Shown here piece by piece: positions 21,096 to 30,788 of a stretch of 64,000 bases of DNA. Origin of the DNA: an uncultured Gemmatimonadales bacterium (GTDB taxonomy: Bacteria > Gemmatimonadota > Gemmatimonadetes > Longimicrobiales > Gaopeijiaceae). Where the stretch lies: positions 448,001 to 512,000 of the forward strand of contig CAWELD010000003.1 in NCBI GenBank assembly GCA_963809895.1, in the 5' to 3' direction. The notes beneath the pieces were generated by a model. It saw only the letters and a program-made list of their open reading frames with translations. It was not told the DNA's origin and searched no databases. Position numbers and translations under genes: made by a program. Numbering within the stretch: position 1 is the stretch's first letter; each line of letters begins with the position of its first letter.

Positions 21096-22492
21096 GCTTC
21101 CCGGATCTCCTTCACCAGTCCGCTCATGGCGGCCTTGGCGTCGGAGAAGAACATCATGGTCTTGTCCATGTAGAAGAGCGGGTTGTCGATCCCGGCGAAT
21201 CCGGGGCTCAGGCTCCGCTTGATGACGATGACGTTCTTGGCCTTGTCCACGTCCAGGATGGGCATGCCCGCGATGATGGAGTCGGGATTGCGCGCCTCCG
21301 GGTTCACCACGTCGTTGGCCCCCACGAGCAGCACCACGTCCGTTCGCGAGAAGTCGTCGTTGATCTCGTCCAGGTCGTAGAGCTTGTCGTAGGGCACGTC
21401 GGCCTCGGCCAGGAGCACGTTCATGTGCCCCGGCATGCGGCCCGCCACCGGGTGGATGGCGTACTTCACGTCGATGCCCCGGTCCTCCAGCAGGTCCATG
21501 GCCTTCTTGAGCTCGTGCTGAGCCTGCGCCACGGCGAGCCCGTAGCCCGGCACCACGATGACGGACTGGGCGTAGGCCATGACCATCGCCGCCTGTTCCG
21601 CGTCGACGCTGCGCACGGGCTTGTCACCGGACGACACCGCCGCCTTGGCGCCCTCGGTCCCGAAGGCTCCGAAGGCCACGTTGGCCAAGGACCGGTTCAT
21701 GGCCTTGCACATGAGCATGGTGAGGAACAGCCCGGCGGCGCCCACCAGGGCCCCGGAGATGATCAGCACCATGTTGCCGATGATGAAGCCCGCCGCCGAG
21801 GCGGCCAGCCCCGAGTACGAGTTCAACAAGCTGATCACCACCGGCATGTCCGCGCCCCCGATGGGGATCACGAGCAGGATCCCCAGGAGGAGCGAGAGGA
21901 TGGTGAAGATCAGGAAGACCGTGAGCGGGGTGAGGGATCCCAGGGGATAGGCGATGGAGATGACCACGCCCAGCACCAGGATCCCCAGGAAGATCAGCGC
22001 ATTGAGGGTCTTCTGCAGCGGGTAGGTCACCGGGTTGCCGGTCACCATGCCGTTGAGCTTTCCGAAGGCCACGAAGCTTCCGGAGAAGGTCACACCGCCG
22101 ATGAGCATGGACAGGGCGATGGTGACACCCGCCGCCAGGTCCATGCTGGTACCGGCGTGGTGGAGCCGGGTGAACTCCGCGGCGGCCACCAGCGCCGACG
22201 CGCCACCTCCGAAGCCGTTGAAGGCGCCGACCATCTCGGGCATGGAGGTCATCTTCACGGTCCGCGCGGCGACGGCCCCGATCAGGCCACCGACGACGAT
22301 CCCGATGAGGATGCCGGTCCAGCTGACGATCTGGTTGTCCACCAGCGTGGCCACGATGGCCAGGAGCATGGCTGCGGCGGCCAGCGCATTTCCTTGACGG
22401 GCCGTGGCGGGCGACTGCATGCGCTTGAGACCCACCACGAACAGGATGGCGGAGAGGAGGTAAGCCAGCTCCACCCAGGTCGAGAGATCCAT
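21092..22492 (-). CDS. pntB: NAD(P) transhydrogenase subunit beta
   Basis: IGGADMPVVISLLNSYSG, MCKAMNRSL, VPGYGLAVAQAQH, HPVAGRMPGHMNVLLAEA. Confidence 0.97.
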   Translation of the reverse strand: MDLSTWVELAYLLSAILFVVGLKRMQSPATARQGNALAAAAMLLAIVATLVDNQIVSWTGILIGIVVGGLIGAVAARTVKMTSMPEMVGAFNGFGGGASALVAAAEFTRLHHAGTSMDLAAGVTIALSMLIGGVTFSGSFVAFGKLNGMVTGNPVTYPLQKTLNALIFLGILVLGVVISIAYPLGSLTPLTVFLIFTILSLLLGILLVIPIGGADMPVVISLLNSYSGLAASAAGFIIGNMVLIISGALVGAAGLFLTMLMCKAMNRSLANVAFGAFGTEGAKAAVSSGDKPVRSVDAEQAAMVMAYAQSVIVVPGYGLAVAQAQHELKKAMDLLEDRGIDVKYAIHPVAGRMPGHMNVLLAEADVPYDKLYDLDEINDDFSRTDVVLLVGANDVVNPEARNPDSIIAGMPILDVDKAKNVIVIKRSLSPGFAGIDNPLFYMDKTMMFFSDAKAAMSGLVKEIREA

Positions 22493-22521
22493 TCTCTAGC
22501 CTCTCTTCTATCGCGATGGGG

Positions 22522-22818
22522 TCAGTTTTTCTTGAACATGTGGAGCATGCGGTCGGTGACCATGAAGCCACCCACCACGTTGATCGTGGCCATGGCGATG
22601 CCCACCACGCCCAGCACCTCCACCAGCATCGTGTCCGCCTGCGCCGACACCACCAACGCGCCGATGATGGCGATTCCGCTGATGGCGTTGGCCCCGGACA
22701 TGAGGGGGGTGTGGAGCGTCGGTGGCACTTTGCCGATGACCTCGCGTCCGGCCAGGGTGGCCAGGACGAAGACGTACAACCCGATCAGCATCTCTCCCAT
22801 GGAGATCTCCTCGCTCAA
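22522..22818 (-). CDS. pntA: NAD(P) transhydrogenase subunit alpha, membrane part
   Basis: VPPTLHTPLMSGANAISG, NVVGGFMVTDRMLHMFKK. Confidence 0.95.
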   Translation of the reverse strand: MSEEISMGEMLIGLYVFVLATLAGREVIGKVPPTLHTPLMSGANAISGIAIIGALVVSAQADTMLVEVLGVVGIAMATINVVGGFMVTDRMLHMFKKN

Positions 22819-23960
22819 TCGGCCGAAGGCGCGGCAGCGAGCCGCTCCTTCGTGGGCTCATGTCGGACCTCGCCTCCGTGGGTGAGGCAGGACGGGCCCA
22901 GGATATCGTTCTCGAAGTCCAGCTTGAGGTTGCCCTCGTCGACCATCTCCAGGAGGAGCATGGCGATGTTGCGGGCGTACATCTGGCTGGCGTGTACCGG
23001 CAGGGTCGCCGGCAGGTTCAGGGGTCCCATGACCTTCACGCCATGGACCTCCACCACCTCGCCGGGCTTGCTGCCCGCACAGTTGCCGCCCGACGCCGCG
23101 GCCAGGTCCACGACCACCGAGCCGGGGCGCATGCTCTTCAGCATCTCCTCGGTGATGAGCAGCGGAGCGTCTCGCCCAGGGATCTGCGCCGTGGTGATGA
23201 CCAGATCGGTGTCGTGGACGTGGCTCGCGATGAGCTCCAGCTCCCGCTGGTGCTGCTCTTCGCTCAGCTCCTTGGCGTAGCCCCCCTCGCCCTCGGCCGA
23301 CACGTCGTGCTCTGTCTCCAGGAAGGTGGCGCCCAGGCTTTCCACCTGCTCTTTCACGGCCGGACGCACGTCGAAGGCTTCCACCTTGGCCCCCAGACGC
23401 CGGGCCGTGGCGATGGCCTGCAGCCCCGCGACGCCCGCGCCCAGTACCATGACCTTGCCGGGCCGGATGGTGCCGGCCGCGGTCATGAACATGGGCAGGA
23501 ACTTGTCCAGGTTGTCTGCGCCCATGAGCACGGCCTTGTAGCCGGCCACCGTGGCCTGTGACGACAGGGCGTCCATGCGCTGCGCCCGCGTGGTCCGGGG
23601 CACGAGCTCCATGGAGAAGGAAGTGAGGTTGTGGTCCGCCATGCCCTGGACGATGTCCAGGTTGGCGAACGGGGACATGAAGCCGATGATCACGGTGCCC
23701 TCGGCGAAGCCCGCTACCTCGTCCATGGTAGGGGGCTGGACCTTCAGGACCACCTCGGCCCCGGAAAGCACCGAGGAGGCGTCGCCCAGCCGGGCACCCG
23801 CCTCCTCGTATTCGGCGTCCGCGTAGCGGGCCGAGACGCCCGCTCCCGCCTGGACGGCCACCTCCAGGCCGTGTTTTTCCACCAGCTCCCGTACGAGAGA
23901 GGGAACCAGCGCCACCCGGCGTTCGCCGGGCCGCGTCTCTGCGAGGACGGCGACCTTCAT
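22815..23960 (-). CDS. pntA: NAD(P) transhydrogenase subunit alpha, soluble dI part
   Basis: ETRPGERRVALVP, RAQRMDALSSQATVAGYKA, GAGVAGLQAIATARRLGA, EGEGGYAKE. Confidence 0.96.
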   Translation of the reverse strand: MKVAVLAETRPGERRVALVPSLVRELVEKHGLEVAVQAGAGVSARYADAEYEEAGARLGDASSVLSGAEVVLKVQPPTMDEVAGFAEGTVIIGFMSPFANLDIVQGMADHNLTSFSMELVPRTTRAQRMDALSSQATVAGYKAVLMGADNLDKFLPMFMTAAGTIRPGKVMVLGAGVAGLQAIATARRLGAKVEAFDVRPAVKEQVESLGATFLETEHDVSAEGEGGYAKELSEEQHQRELELIASHVHDTDLVITTAQIPGRDAPLLITEEMLKSMRPGSVVVDLAAASGGNCAGSKPGEVVEVHGVKVMGPLNLPATLPVHASQMYARNIAMLLLEMVDEGNLKLDFENDILGPSCLTHGGEVRHEPTKERLAAAPSAD

Positions 23961-24295
23961 GGGCGCGCTCCGATGCAGGTGCGACGTAGGGTTTCGGAAA
24001 GCGTTGCCCGCGCCTTCCGTCGCCGGAGGGACATCTCCGGCGCAATCTCCGGATGAAGCTAGACGGCCCGGGGGGTCCATTCTGTCGGGGGATTCCTCCA
24101 CCCCCTGTGGGGTCCTTTCCCACAACCCCGGCGCGGCCGACGCGTGCCAACCTATCCGGCCCACACCGCTGGCCGCAACGGAGGGTGGACCGACGACCCG
24201 CTACGAGGTTCGCTTGCGCGGGGCGGGGCGGCGGCGCACGCTATGGCGGTTCCCGCCCTTCTGGCGCCGCGGCACCCACCCGCCTGGAGTCCTGG

Positions 24296-25990
24296 ATGAT
24301 GCCCACGCACCTCGATCGTCGATCCTTCATGGGGTACTTCTCCGCCATCGGACTCGGTGGCACGCTTCTGCCCGGAGTCCTGTGGGCCAGGAGCCAGGAG
24401 GTCCAGGATATCACCACGGCCATGATCGCCGACGCCGAGGAGCTGGCGGGGCTCTCCTTCACCGAGGAAGAACGGGAGATGATGCTCCGGGGGCTGGAGA
24501 ACAATCGTCAGGCCTACCGAGCGCTCCGCGCGCAGGACCTTCCCAACGGGATCCCCCCCGCCGTGGTCTTCGATCCCGCGCTGCCCGGTCGTGCGCCGGC
24601 GCCGGGACCCGACCGGGTACGACCGTCGCGTCGGCCCGACGTGCTCGAGCCGGGAACGGTGGAAGAGGTGGCCTTCTGGCCCGTGACCTGGCTGTCCGAG
24701 CTCATCCGCACCCGTCAGGTGTCGTCGGAGGAGCTGACCCGGATGTACCTCGATCGCCTGGAGCGCCACGGACCCACGCTGGAAGCGGTCATCACCCTCA
24801 CCGAGGACCGGGCCCTGCGGCAGGCGCGGCAGGCCGACGACGACATCGCCCACGGTCGCTGGCGGGGTCCTCTCCACGGCATTCCGTGGGGGGCCAAGGA
24901 CCTCCTGTCGGTGAAGGACTATCCCACGACCTGGGGAGCACAGCCCTACCAGACCCAGGTGATCGACGAGGACGCCACCGTGGTGCGCCGGCTCGACGAA
25001 GCCGGCGCGGTCCTCGTGGCCAAGCTGACCCTCGGCGCCCTGGCCATGGGCGACTACTGGTACGGCGGCCGCACGCGCAATCCCTGGAACCTGGAGCAGG
25101 GATCGTCGGGCTCGTCGGCGGGGCCCGCCGCCGCGGCCGTGGCCGGGCTGGTGGGCTTCACCATCGGCACCGAGACGCTGGGCTCCATCGTGTCGCCCTC
25201 CACGCGCACCGGGGCCACCGGCCTCCGGCCCACCTTCGGACGGGTGAGCCGGCACGGGGCCATGGCCCTCTCCTGGACCATGGACAAGCTGGGACCGATC
25301 TGCCGGTCCGCGGAGGATTGCGCGCTGGTCTTCCACGCCATCCACGGCGCCGACGGCAAGGACCCGACGGCTCGGACCGTTCCATTCGACTGGGATGCCG
25401 AAGCCCCGCTGGACGACCTGCGCGTGGGCTACCTGGCGGCGGCTTTCGAGGACGACAATGCCAACTCCGCTTTCGACCGGGCGGCGTTGGAGGTGGTGCG
25501 CGGGCTCGGCGTGGAGCCGGTGCCGGTGGCGCTTCCCGACGACTTTCCCCTGGGACCCCTGCGCGTGATCCTAAACGCAGAGGCGGCGGCGGCCTTCGAC
25601 GACCTCACCCGGTCCGGCCGGGACGACGAGCTCGTGCGCCAGACCCCGGGAAGCTGGCCCAACTCCTTCCGTACCGCGCGCTTCATTCCGGCGGTGGAGT
25701 ACATCCAGGCCAACCGCGTGCGGACCATGGTCATGGGCGCGCTGGCGGCGGCCCTGGACGGCATCGATGTCTTCGTATCACCGTCCTTCGCCGGCGATCT
25801 CCTGCTCATGACGAACCTCACGGGACACCCGGTGGTGGTGCTGCCCCACGGCTTCAACGACGCGGGCTCGCCGGTGAGCTTCTCCTTCGTGGGCAACCTC
25901 TACCGGGACGCGGAGGCGCTGCGCCTGGCGCGGGCCTATCAGGAGGCCACCGACTTCCACCGCAAGCACCCGCCGCTCTTCGGAGGCTGA
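24296..25990 (+). CDS. Amidase-signature family enzyme with a twin-arginine-like leader
   Basis: GPLHGIPWGAKDLL (Lys), GSSGSSAG, GTETLGSIVSPS (Ser); N-terminus LDRRSFMGY followed by a hydrophobic stretch. Confidence 0.9.
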   Translation: MMPTHLDRRSFMGYFSAIGLGGTLLPGVLWARSQEVQDITTAMIADAEELAGLSFTEEEREMMLRGLENNRQAYRALRAQDLPNGIPPAVVFDPALPGRAPAPGPDRVRPSRRPDVLEPGTVEEVAFWPVTWLSELIRTRQVSSEELTRMYLDRLERHGPTLEAVITLTEDRALRQARQADDDIAHGRWRGPLHGIPWGAKDLLSVKDYPTTWGAQPYQTQVIDEDATVVRRLDEAGAVLVAKLTLGALAMGDYWYGGRTRNPWNLEQGSSGSSAGPAAAAVAGLVGFTIGTETLGSIVSPSTRTGATGLRPTFGRVSRHGAMALSWTMDKLGPICRSAEDCALVFHAIHGADGKDPTARTVPFDWDAEAPLDDLRVGYLAAAFEDDNANSAFDRAALEVVRGLGVEPVPVALPDDFPLGPLRVILNAEAAAAFDDLTRSGRDDELVRQTPGSWPNSFRTARFIPAVEYIQANRVRTMVMGALAAALDGIDVFVSPSFAGDLLLMTNLTGHPVVVLPHGFNDAGSPVSFSFVGNLYRDAEALRLARAYQEATDFHRKHPPLFGG

Positions 25991-26057
25991 GCGCCCGGCC
26001 TCCCAGCGGGACCCATCGAGGCATTCCAGCGCCCGGGCTCCCGTGCCTTCGTGATGC

Positions 26058-27590
26058 ATGCTGGCTCGCATCCCCACCGCTGCGCTGCAAGGCGTCGACG
26101 CCCTCGCTGTCTGGACCGAGGTGAGCCTCACCTCGGGCCTGCCCGCGTTCACCGTCGTGGGCCTTCCCGAGGGCGCGGTCAGGGAAGGTCGTGAGCGGGT
26201 CATGGCCGCGCTCCGCCACTCGGGCGTGCCCCTCCCGCCCAAGCGCATCACCGTGAACCTGGCACCCGCCGACGTGCGCAAGGAGGGGAGCGCCTTCGAC
26301 CTGCCCATCGCCGTGGGGTTGATGGCGGGCTGTGGCCAGATACCGGCGGAGTCGCTGGAGGGGTTGGCGTTTCTGGGCGAGTTGGGCCTGGACGGGACGC
26401 TTCGACCGGTGCGGGGCATCCTGCCGCTGGCTCTGGAGTGTCGCCGGGCGGGCGCGCGAGGGGTGGTGGTGCCGCCGGGCAACGCCGCGGAGGCCGCGGT
26501 GGTCGGGCGGCTACGGGTGCTGCCCGCCCCGAACCTCATCGCCCTGCGCGCGCACCTGACAGGCGAGACACCGCTGAGCGAGGTGGCGCTGGACGACGCC
26601 ACGGTCGACCTGGAGAGCGCGGCGGGCGGACCCGACCTGCGCGACGTCCGGGGGCAGGCGGCGGTGAAGCGGGCGCTGGAAGTGGCGGCGGCGGGAGGCC
26701 ATAACCTCCTCATGATCGGCGCTCCGGGCTCGGGCAAGACCATGCTGGCCCGACGACTCCCGGGCATCCTTCCGCCCCTGACACTGGAGGAAGCGTTGGA
26801 GGTGACGCGGGTGCACTCGGTGGCGGGGGGATTGCCACCCGGTGAGGCGCTGGTGCGCCGCCGGCCGTTTCGGGCTCCTCACCACACGGTCAGCGACGCA
26901 GGGCTGGTGGGAGGCGGCTCGCCGCCCCGGCCCGGCGAGGTCAGCCTGGCCCATCGCGGGGTGCTCTTCCTCGACGAGCTCCCGGAGTTCCGGCGCAACG
27001 TGCTGGAGGTGCTCCGCCAGCCGCTGGAGGACGGTCACGTCACCCTGGCCCGGGCGCGGGCGAGCCTTCGCTTTCCAGCGCGCGTGGTGCTGGTGGCGGC
27101 CATGAACCCGTGCCCCTGCGGACATCGCGGAGACGGAACGGATGCCTGCACCTGCGACCCGGGCATGGTCGCTCGCTACCGGGGGCGCATCTCCGGACCG
27201 CTCCTGGACCGCATCGACCTGCACGTGGCCGTGCAACCGGTGCCCATGGAGGCACTGCGGGGCGAGCCTCGCGGCGAGCCCAGCTCGGCGGTGCGCGCAC
27301 GGGTGGTCGCCGCACGCCGACGCCAGCACCGTCGCCTTCGCGACGAGAACATCCACTGCAACGCCGAGATGCAGCACACCCACCTGCGCCGTCACGTACG
27401 GGTGCGGCGCCAGGTGGCGCACCTGCTGCAGCAGGCCATGGACCGGCTCGGACTCTCCGCGCGGGCCTACCACCGCACCCTCAAGGTGGCGCGCACCATC
27501 GCCGACCTCGACGGCGCCCCGCAGGTGGCCGAGCGGCACGCCGCCGAGGCCATCCAGTACCGGTCGCTGGACCGGGAGGTGCGGGTGTAG
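26058..27590 (+). CDS. comM: YifB/ComM family Mg-chelatase-like AAA+ ATPase
   Basis: ITVNLAPADVRKEGSAFDLPIA, GAPGSGKTMLARRL, RPFRAPHHT, LFLDELPEF, AMNPCPCG. Confidence 0.94.
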   Translation: MLARIPTAALQGVDALAVWTEVSLTSGLPAFTVVGLPEGAVREGRERVMAALRHSGVPLPPKRITVNLAPADVRKEGSAFDLPIAVGLMAGCGQIPAESLEGLAFLGELGLDGTLRPVRGILPLALECRRAGARGVVVPPGNAAEAAVVGRLRVLPAPNLIALRAHLTGETPLSEVALDDATVDLESAAGGPDLRDVRGQAAVKRALEVAAAGGHNLLMIGAPGSGKTMLARRLPGILPPLTLEEALEVTRVHSVAGGLPPGEALVRRRPFRAPHHTVSDAGLVGGGSPPRPGEVSLAHRGVLFLDELPEFRRNVLEVLRQPLEDGHVTLARARASLRFPARVVLVAAMNPCPCGHRGDGTDACTCDPGMVARYRGRISGPLLDRIDLHVAVQPVPMEALRGEPRGEPSSAVRARVVAARRRQHRRLRDENIHCNAEMQHTHLRRHVRVRRQVAHLLQQAMDRLGLSARAYHRTLKVARTIADLDGAPQVAERHAAEAIQYRSLDREVRV

Positions 27591-27635
27591 AGGGAGCGCA
27601 TGAGGCGGCCGCGGTCCGTGTTATCTTCCGTCGCC

Positions 27636-28598
27636 ATGCCTGCCACCCCCTCCGCGCCTGCCGGCGCCTCGCCGGCTTCCAGCCCCTCCACCCTGGCGGT
27701 GGTGGGGGCGTTCGCGGCGGTCTACGTCATCTGGGGGTCCACCTATCTCGCCATCCGCTTCGCCATCGAGTCGATTCCGCCCTTCTCCATGGCGGGCGTA
27801 CGCTTTCTAGTGGCAGGCCTGATCCTCATGGGCTGGGCCCGCGCTCGGGGGGTGCCCGCGCCCACGCGAGCCCAGGTCCGGGACGGCGCGGTGGTGGGCG
27901 GGCTCCTGCTCCTGGGAGGAAACGGAGCGGTGGTGTGGGCCGAGCAGTGGGTACCGTCGGGTCTCGTAGCCCTCCTGGTGGCCACCGTCCCCCTGTGGAT
28001 GGTCCTCCTCGACTGGTTGTGGTCCGACGGCGCCCGGCCGTCGGCGGGCCTCTGGGGCGGCCTGGTCTGGGGTCTCTTCGGGGTCGGGCTGCTCGTGAGT
28101 GGGCGGGAGATGGGGGGCGGTGGGTCGCGAGAGCTCGCCGGAGGCCTGGTGGTCCTGTTCGGGGCGCTGTCGTGGGCCGCCGGCTCCATCTACTCGCGCT
28201 CCGCCCGGGTGCCGCCGGCGCCCCGCATGGCCACGGCCCTCCAGATGCTGTGGGGCGGCGGCATGCTGCTCGCCGTCGGAGGCGTCACCGGGGAATGGCC
28301 GCGGTGGGCCGCCGCGACGCCCTCCACCCGTTCGGTGCTGGCCCTGGCCTATCTGGTCGTGTTCGGGTCGCTGGTGGCCTTCGCCGCCTATATCTGGCTG
28401 CTGACCGTGACGACTCCGGCGCGAGTGTCCACCTACGCGTACGTGAATCCCGTGGTGGCACTGGTCCTGGGCTGGGCGTTGGCGGGAGAGCCACTGACGC
28501 CCCGCACGGGTGTGGCGGCGGCGGTCATCCTCTCGGCGGTGCTGGTCCTGAACGTGGTGGGCGTTCGCCGTCGGCTGGCCCGTGCCGAGCGTGCCTGA
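27636..28598 (+). CDS. EamA/DMT family transporter (YedA-like)
   Basis: VYVIWGSTYLAIR, STYAYVNPVVA; about 10 TM. Start may be 27600 or 27636. Confidence 0.92.
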   Translation: MPATPSAPAGASPASSPSTLAVVGAFAAVYVIWGSTYLAIRFAIESIPPFSMAGVRFLVAGLILMGWARARGVPAPTRAQVRDGAVVGGLLLLGGNGAVVWAEQWVPSGLVALLVATVPLWMVLLDWLWSDGARPSAGLWGGLVWGLFGVGLLVSGREMGGGGSRELAGGLVVLFGALSWAAGSIYSRSARVPPAPRMATALQMLWGGGMLLAVGGVTGEWPRWAAATPSTRSVLALAYLVVFGSLVAFAAYIWLLTVTTPARVSTYAYVNPVVALVLGWALAGEPLTPRTGVAAAVILSAVLVLNVVGVRRRLARAERA

Positions 28599-28651
28599 GA
28601 TTGCGCCTCGGGCAACCGGGTTGGACGGAGGTCGGTCCAATTCGTAGTCTT

Positions 28652-28925
28652 GAAGGGTGTTGAAGAAGTGGGGTGCGGCCGCGCGCAGGGGTCTTACGGA
28701 TGCCAGGGTAGGAAGAGTGGCGAAAGCGATGCTGTAGCATCGGTGAGCCGCTCTGACGACGCCTGGCGCCGTAACCCCCCTGCGCCCGAAGGGTTGGGGC
28801 GGCATGGCCCCATCTTCGTCGTTGGCACGACTCGACGTAGCTTTGGCTATGCCTTCGCCGCGCCGCCTTGAAGCTGGAGCCATGGCGCTCCCAACGCGGC
28901 TCGCCCCATTTCTTCAACACCCTTC
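28652..28925. mobile_element. Putative MITE or structured non-coding element, 274 bp, with 22-bp terminal inverted repeats
   Basis: GAAGGGTGTTGAAGAAGTGGGG (28652-28673) and CCCCATTTCTTCAACACCCTTC (28904-28925) match at 21/22 as reverse complements. Two long internal hairpins; no credible ORF. Confidence 0.6.
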
Positions 28926-28971
28926 TACTCCTGAATCGACGTCGCCCTGGAGCACCCATCGCCGAGAGCGG

Positions 28972-30123
28972 ATGACCGTCTATCTGGACTTCGCAGCCAC
29001 GTCTGCGCTGCGTCCCCCCGAAGTCGCCGAGGCCGTGAGCACCTTCCTGGCCCGATGTGGAGCCACACCGGGCAGGGGCGGGCACGCCCCCGCGGTGGAG
29101 GCGGGGCGGATGGTACTTCGATGCCGCCGCGCGCTCCTGGATGTGCTGGGGCTCGATGGCGGTGACCCGGGGCGGCTGGCGTTCACGCACAACGCCACCC
29201 ACGCGCTCAACACGGCGCTGCGGGGCGTCCTGCGTCCGGGCGACGTCGTGGTGGGGACGGACTTCGATCACAACGCCGTGGTGCGACCCCTGTACGCGCT
29301 CAGGCGGGAGCGTGACCTGGAGGTGCGCGTGGTCCCGGGAGCCACCGACGGATCGCTGGATCTGGCGGCCTTCGACCGTGCCCTCGACGGTGCTCGCCTG
29401 GTGGTCCTGAACGGCGCCTCCAATGTTCTCGGCACCGCCTTGCCGGTGGGCGAGCTGGCCCGCCGAGCTCGGGCGGCGGGCGTGTTGGCGCTGGTGGACA
29501 CCGCGCAGACCGCCGGCCACCTGGTCCAGGACCTGAAGGACGCCGACCTCGTCGCCGTAACCGGCCACAAGGGGCTGCTGGGGCCGCAGGGCACGGGCGC
29601 CCTCTGGGTCCGCCCCGGGGTCGAGGTCGAACCGCTGCTCCGGGGAGGGACGGGTGGTGACTCGATGAACCCCGAGATGCCGGAGGCCATGCCGGATCGC
29701 CTGGAGGCGGGCACGCTCAACGGCCCGGGGATCGCCGGCCTCGAAGCCGGATGCCGCTTCGTGGCGGAGCGGGGCGTGGACACCATCCACGCGCACGTCT
29801 CCGCCCTCAAGGCTCGGCTGCACGAGGGGCTGTCGGCCCTCGCGGGTGTCGACGTGCTGTCGCCCCCGGCGCCCGACGGCCCCGGTATCGTCACCATTCG
29901 CGCCCATTCCATGGATGCGGCGACGCTTTCGCATCGTCTGGAACGGGACTTCGGTGTTCAGGCGAGAGCGGGGCTCCACTGTGCACCGGGTGCTCACCGG
30001 CTCCTGGGCACCGCGTCCACCGGGGCCCTGCGCTTTTCGCTGGGCTGGGCATCGACGGCCGACGATGTGGATCGGGCGCTCGAGGCCGTTACAACGCTGG
30101 CGGCGCCGGTTCGGGCTTCCTGA
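28972..30123 (+). CDS. Class V PLP aminotransferase / cysteine desulfurase family protein
   Basis: MTVYLDFAATS, NATHALN, DTAQTAG, TGHKGLLGPQGTG, LEAGTLN, RAGLHCAP. Confidence 0.9.
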   Translation: MTVYLDFAATSALRPPEVAEAVSTFLARCGATPGRGGHAPAVEAGRMVLRCRRALLDVLGLDGGDPGRLAFTHNATHALNTALRGVLRPGDVVVGTDFDHNAVVRPLYALRRERDLEVRVVPGATDGSLDLAAFDRALDGARLVVLNGASNVLGTALPVGELARRARAAGVLALVDTAQTAGHLVQDLKDADLVAVTGHKGLLGPQGTGALWVRPGVEVEPLLRGGTGGDSMNPEMPEAMPDRLEAGTLNGPGIAGLEAGCRFVAERGVDTIHAHVSALKARLHEGLSALAGVDVLSPPAPDGPGIVTIRAHSMDAATLSHRLERDFGVQARAGLHCAPGAHRLLGTASTGALRFSLGWASTADDVDRALEAVTTLAAPVRAS

Positions 30124-30181
30124 TATCCAAGTGACGTGCGCTCCGGGCCGGGGTCCGGAGCGTCGAACGCAGGGACAAGAC

Positions 30182-30748
30182 ATGCGCCTTTTCATCGCTC
30201 TGAATCTTCCCAAGAAGGAGAGGGGCCGGATCCATCGAGCCGCCCGTGCCCTGAGGGAACGGGAGCTCCCCGTGCGTTGGGTGGATCCCGAGCACTTTCA
30301 CGTCACCCTGAAGTTCCTGGGTGAGATCCCCCCCGAACGGCAGTCCCGGGTCGAGGAGGTGATGGAGCGCGTCGGCGGGTCCACCGCCCCCTTCGTGGTG
30401 CGCCTCGGAGGATTCGGGGCGTTTCCCACCATCCGGCGCCCGCGGGTCCTGTGGGCCGGCGTCGAGGCGTCTCCCGAACTGCGTTGTCTCAAGCAGGACC
30501 TGGAGTGGGGCCTGGCCGAGGTGGACTTCCCGCGTGAGACGCGGGCCTTCCATCCGCACCTGACGCTGGGTCGCGCCGGTGAGGAGGGAGGGGCGGGCGC
30601 CTTCAGGGGGTTGGACGATCTGGTGGCGGGGCTCAGCTACGAGGGGAGCGTCAACGTGCGCAGTATCGACCTCATGCGCAGCCATCACTCGCGGACGGGA
30701 CCCCGCTACAGTGTCGTAAGTACAACCAGATTGTCGGGATCGAACTGA
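30182..30748 (+). CDS. thpR: RNA 2',3'-cyclic phosphodiesterase (2H family)
   Basis: MRLFIAL start and two HxT motifs (HVTLKFLG, HLTLGR). Confidence 0.92.
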   Translation: MRLFIALNLPKKERGRIHRAARALRERELPVRWVDPEHFHVTLKFLGEIPPERQSRVEEVMERVGGSTAPFVVRLGGFGAFPTIRRPRVLWAGVEASPELRCLKQDLEWGLAEVDFPRETRAFHPHLTLGRAGEEGGAGAFRGLDDLVAGLSYEGSVNVRSIDLMRSHHSRTGPRYSVVSTTRLSGSN

Positions 30749-30788
30749 GCCGGTGCCGGAGACGGGGCCGGGCGTGCCGAGGAGTGCC

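Noticed and set aside
28718..28765. Hammerhead ribozyme (GAAA at 28722, CTGACGA at 28753)
   Set aside because: Stem I cannot form, the cleavage-site base would be G, and stem II is out of register. The bases fit better in the long hairpin.
28823..28840. Sigma-54 promoter (TGGCACG)
   Set aside because: No TTGC -12 element at the required spacing.
28652..28925. 6S RNA, RNase P RNA, tmRNA or SRP RNA
   Set aside because: No GAGGAAAGUCC, tRNA-like ends or SRP loop. It is longer and more branched than 6S. An Rfam scan is still needed.
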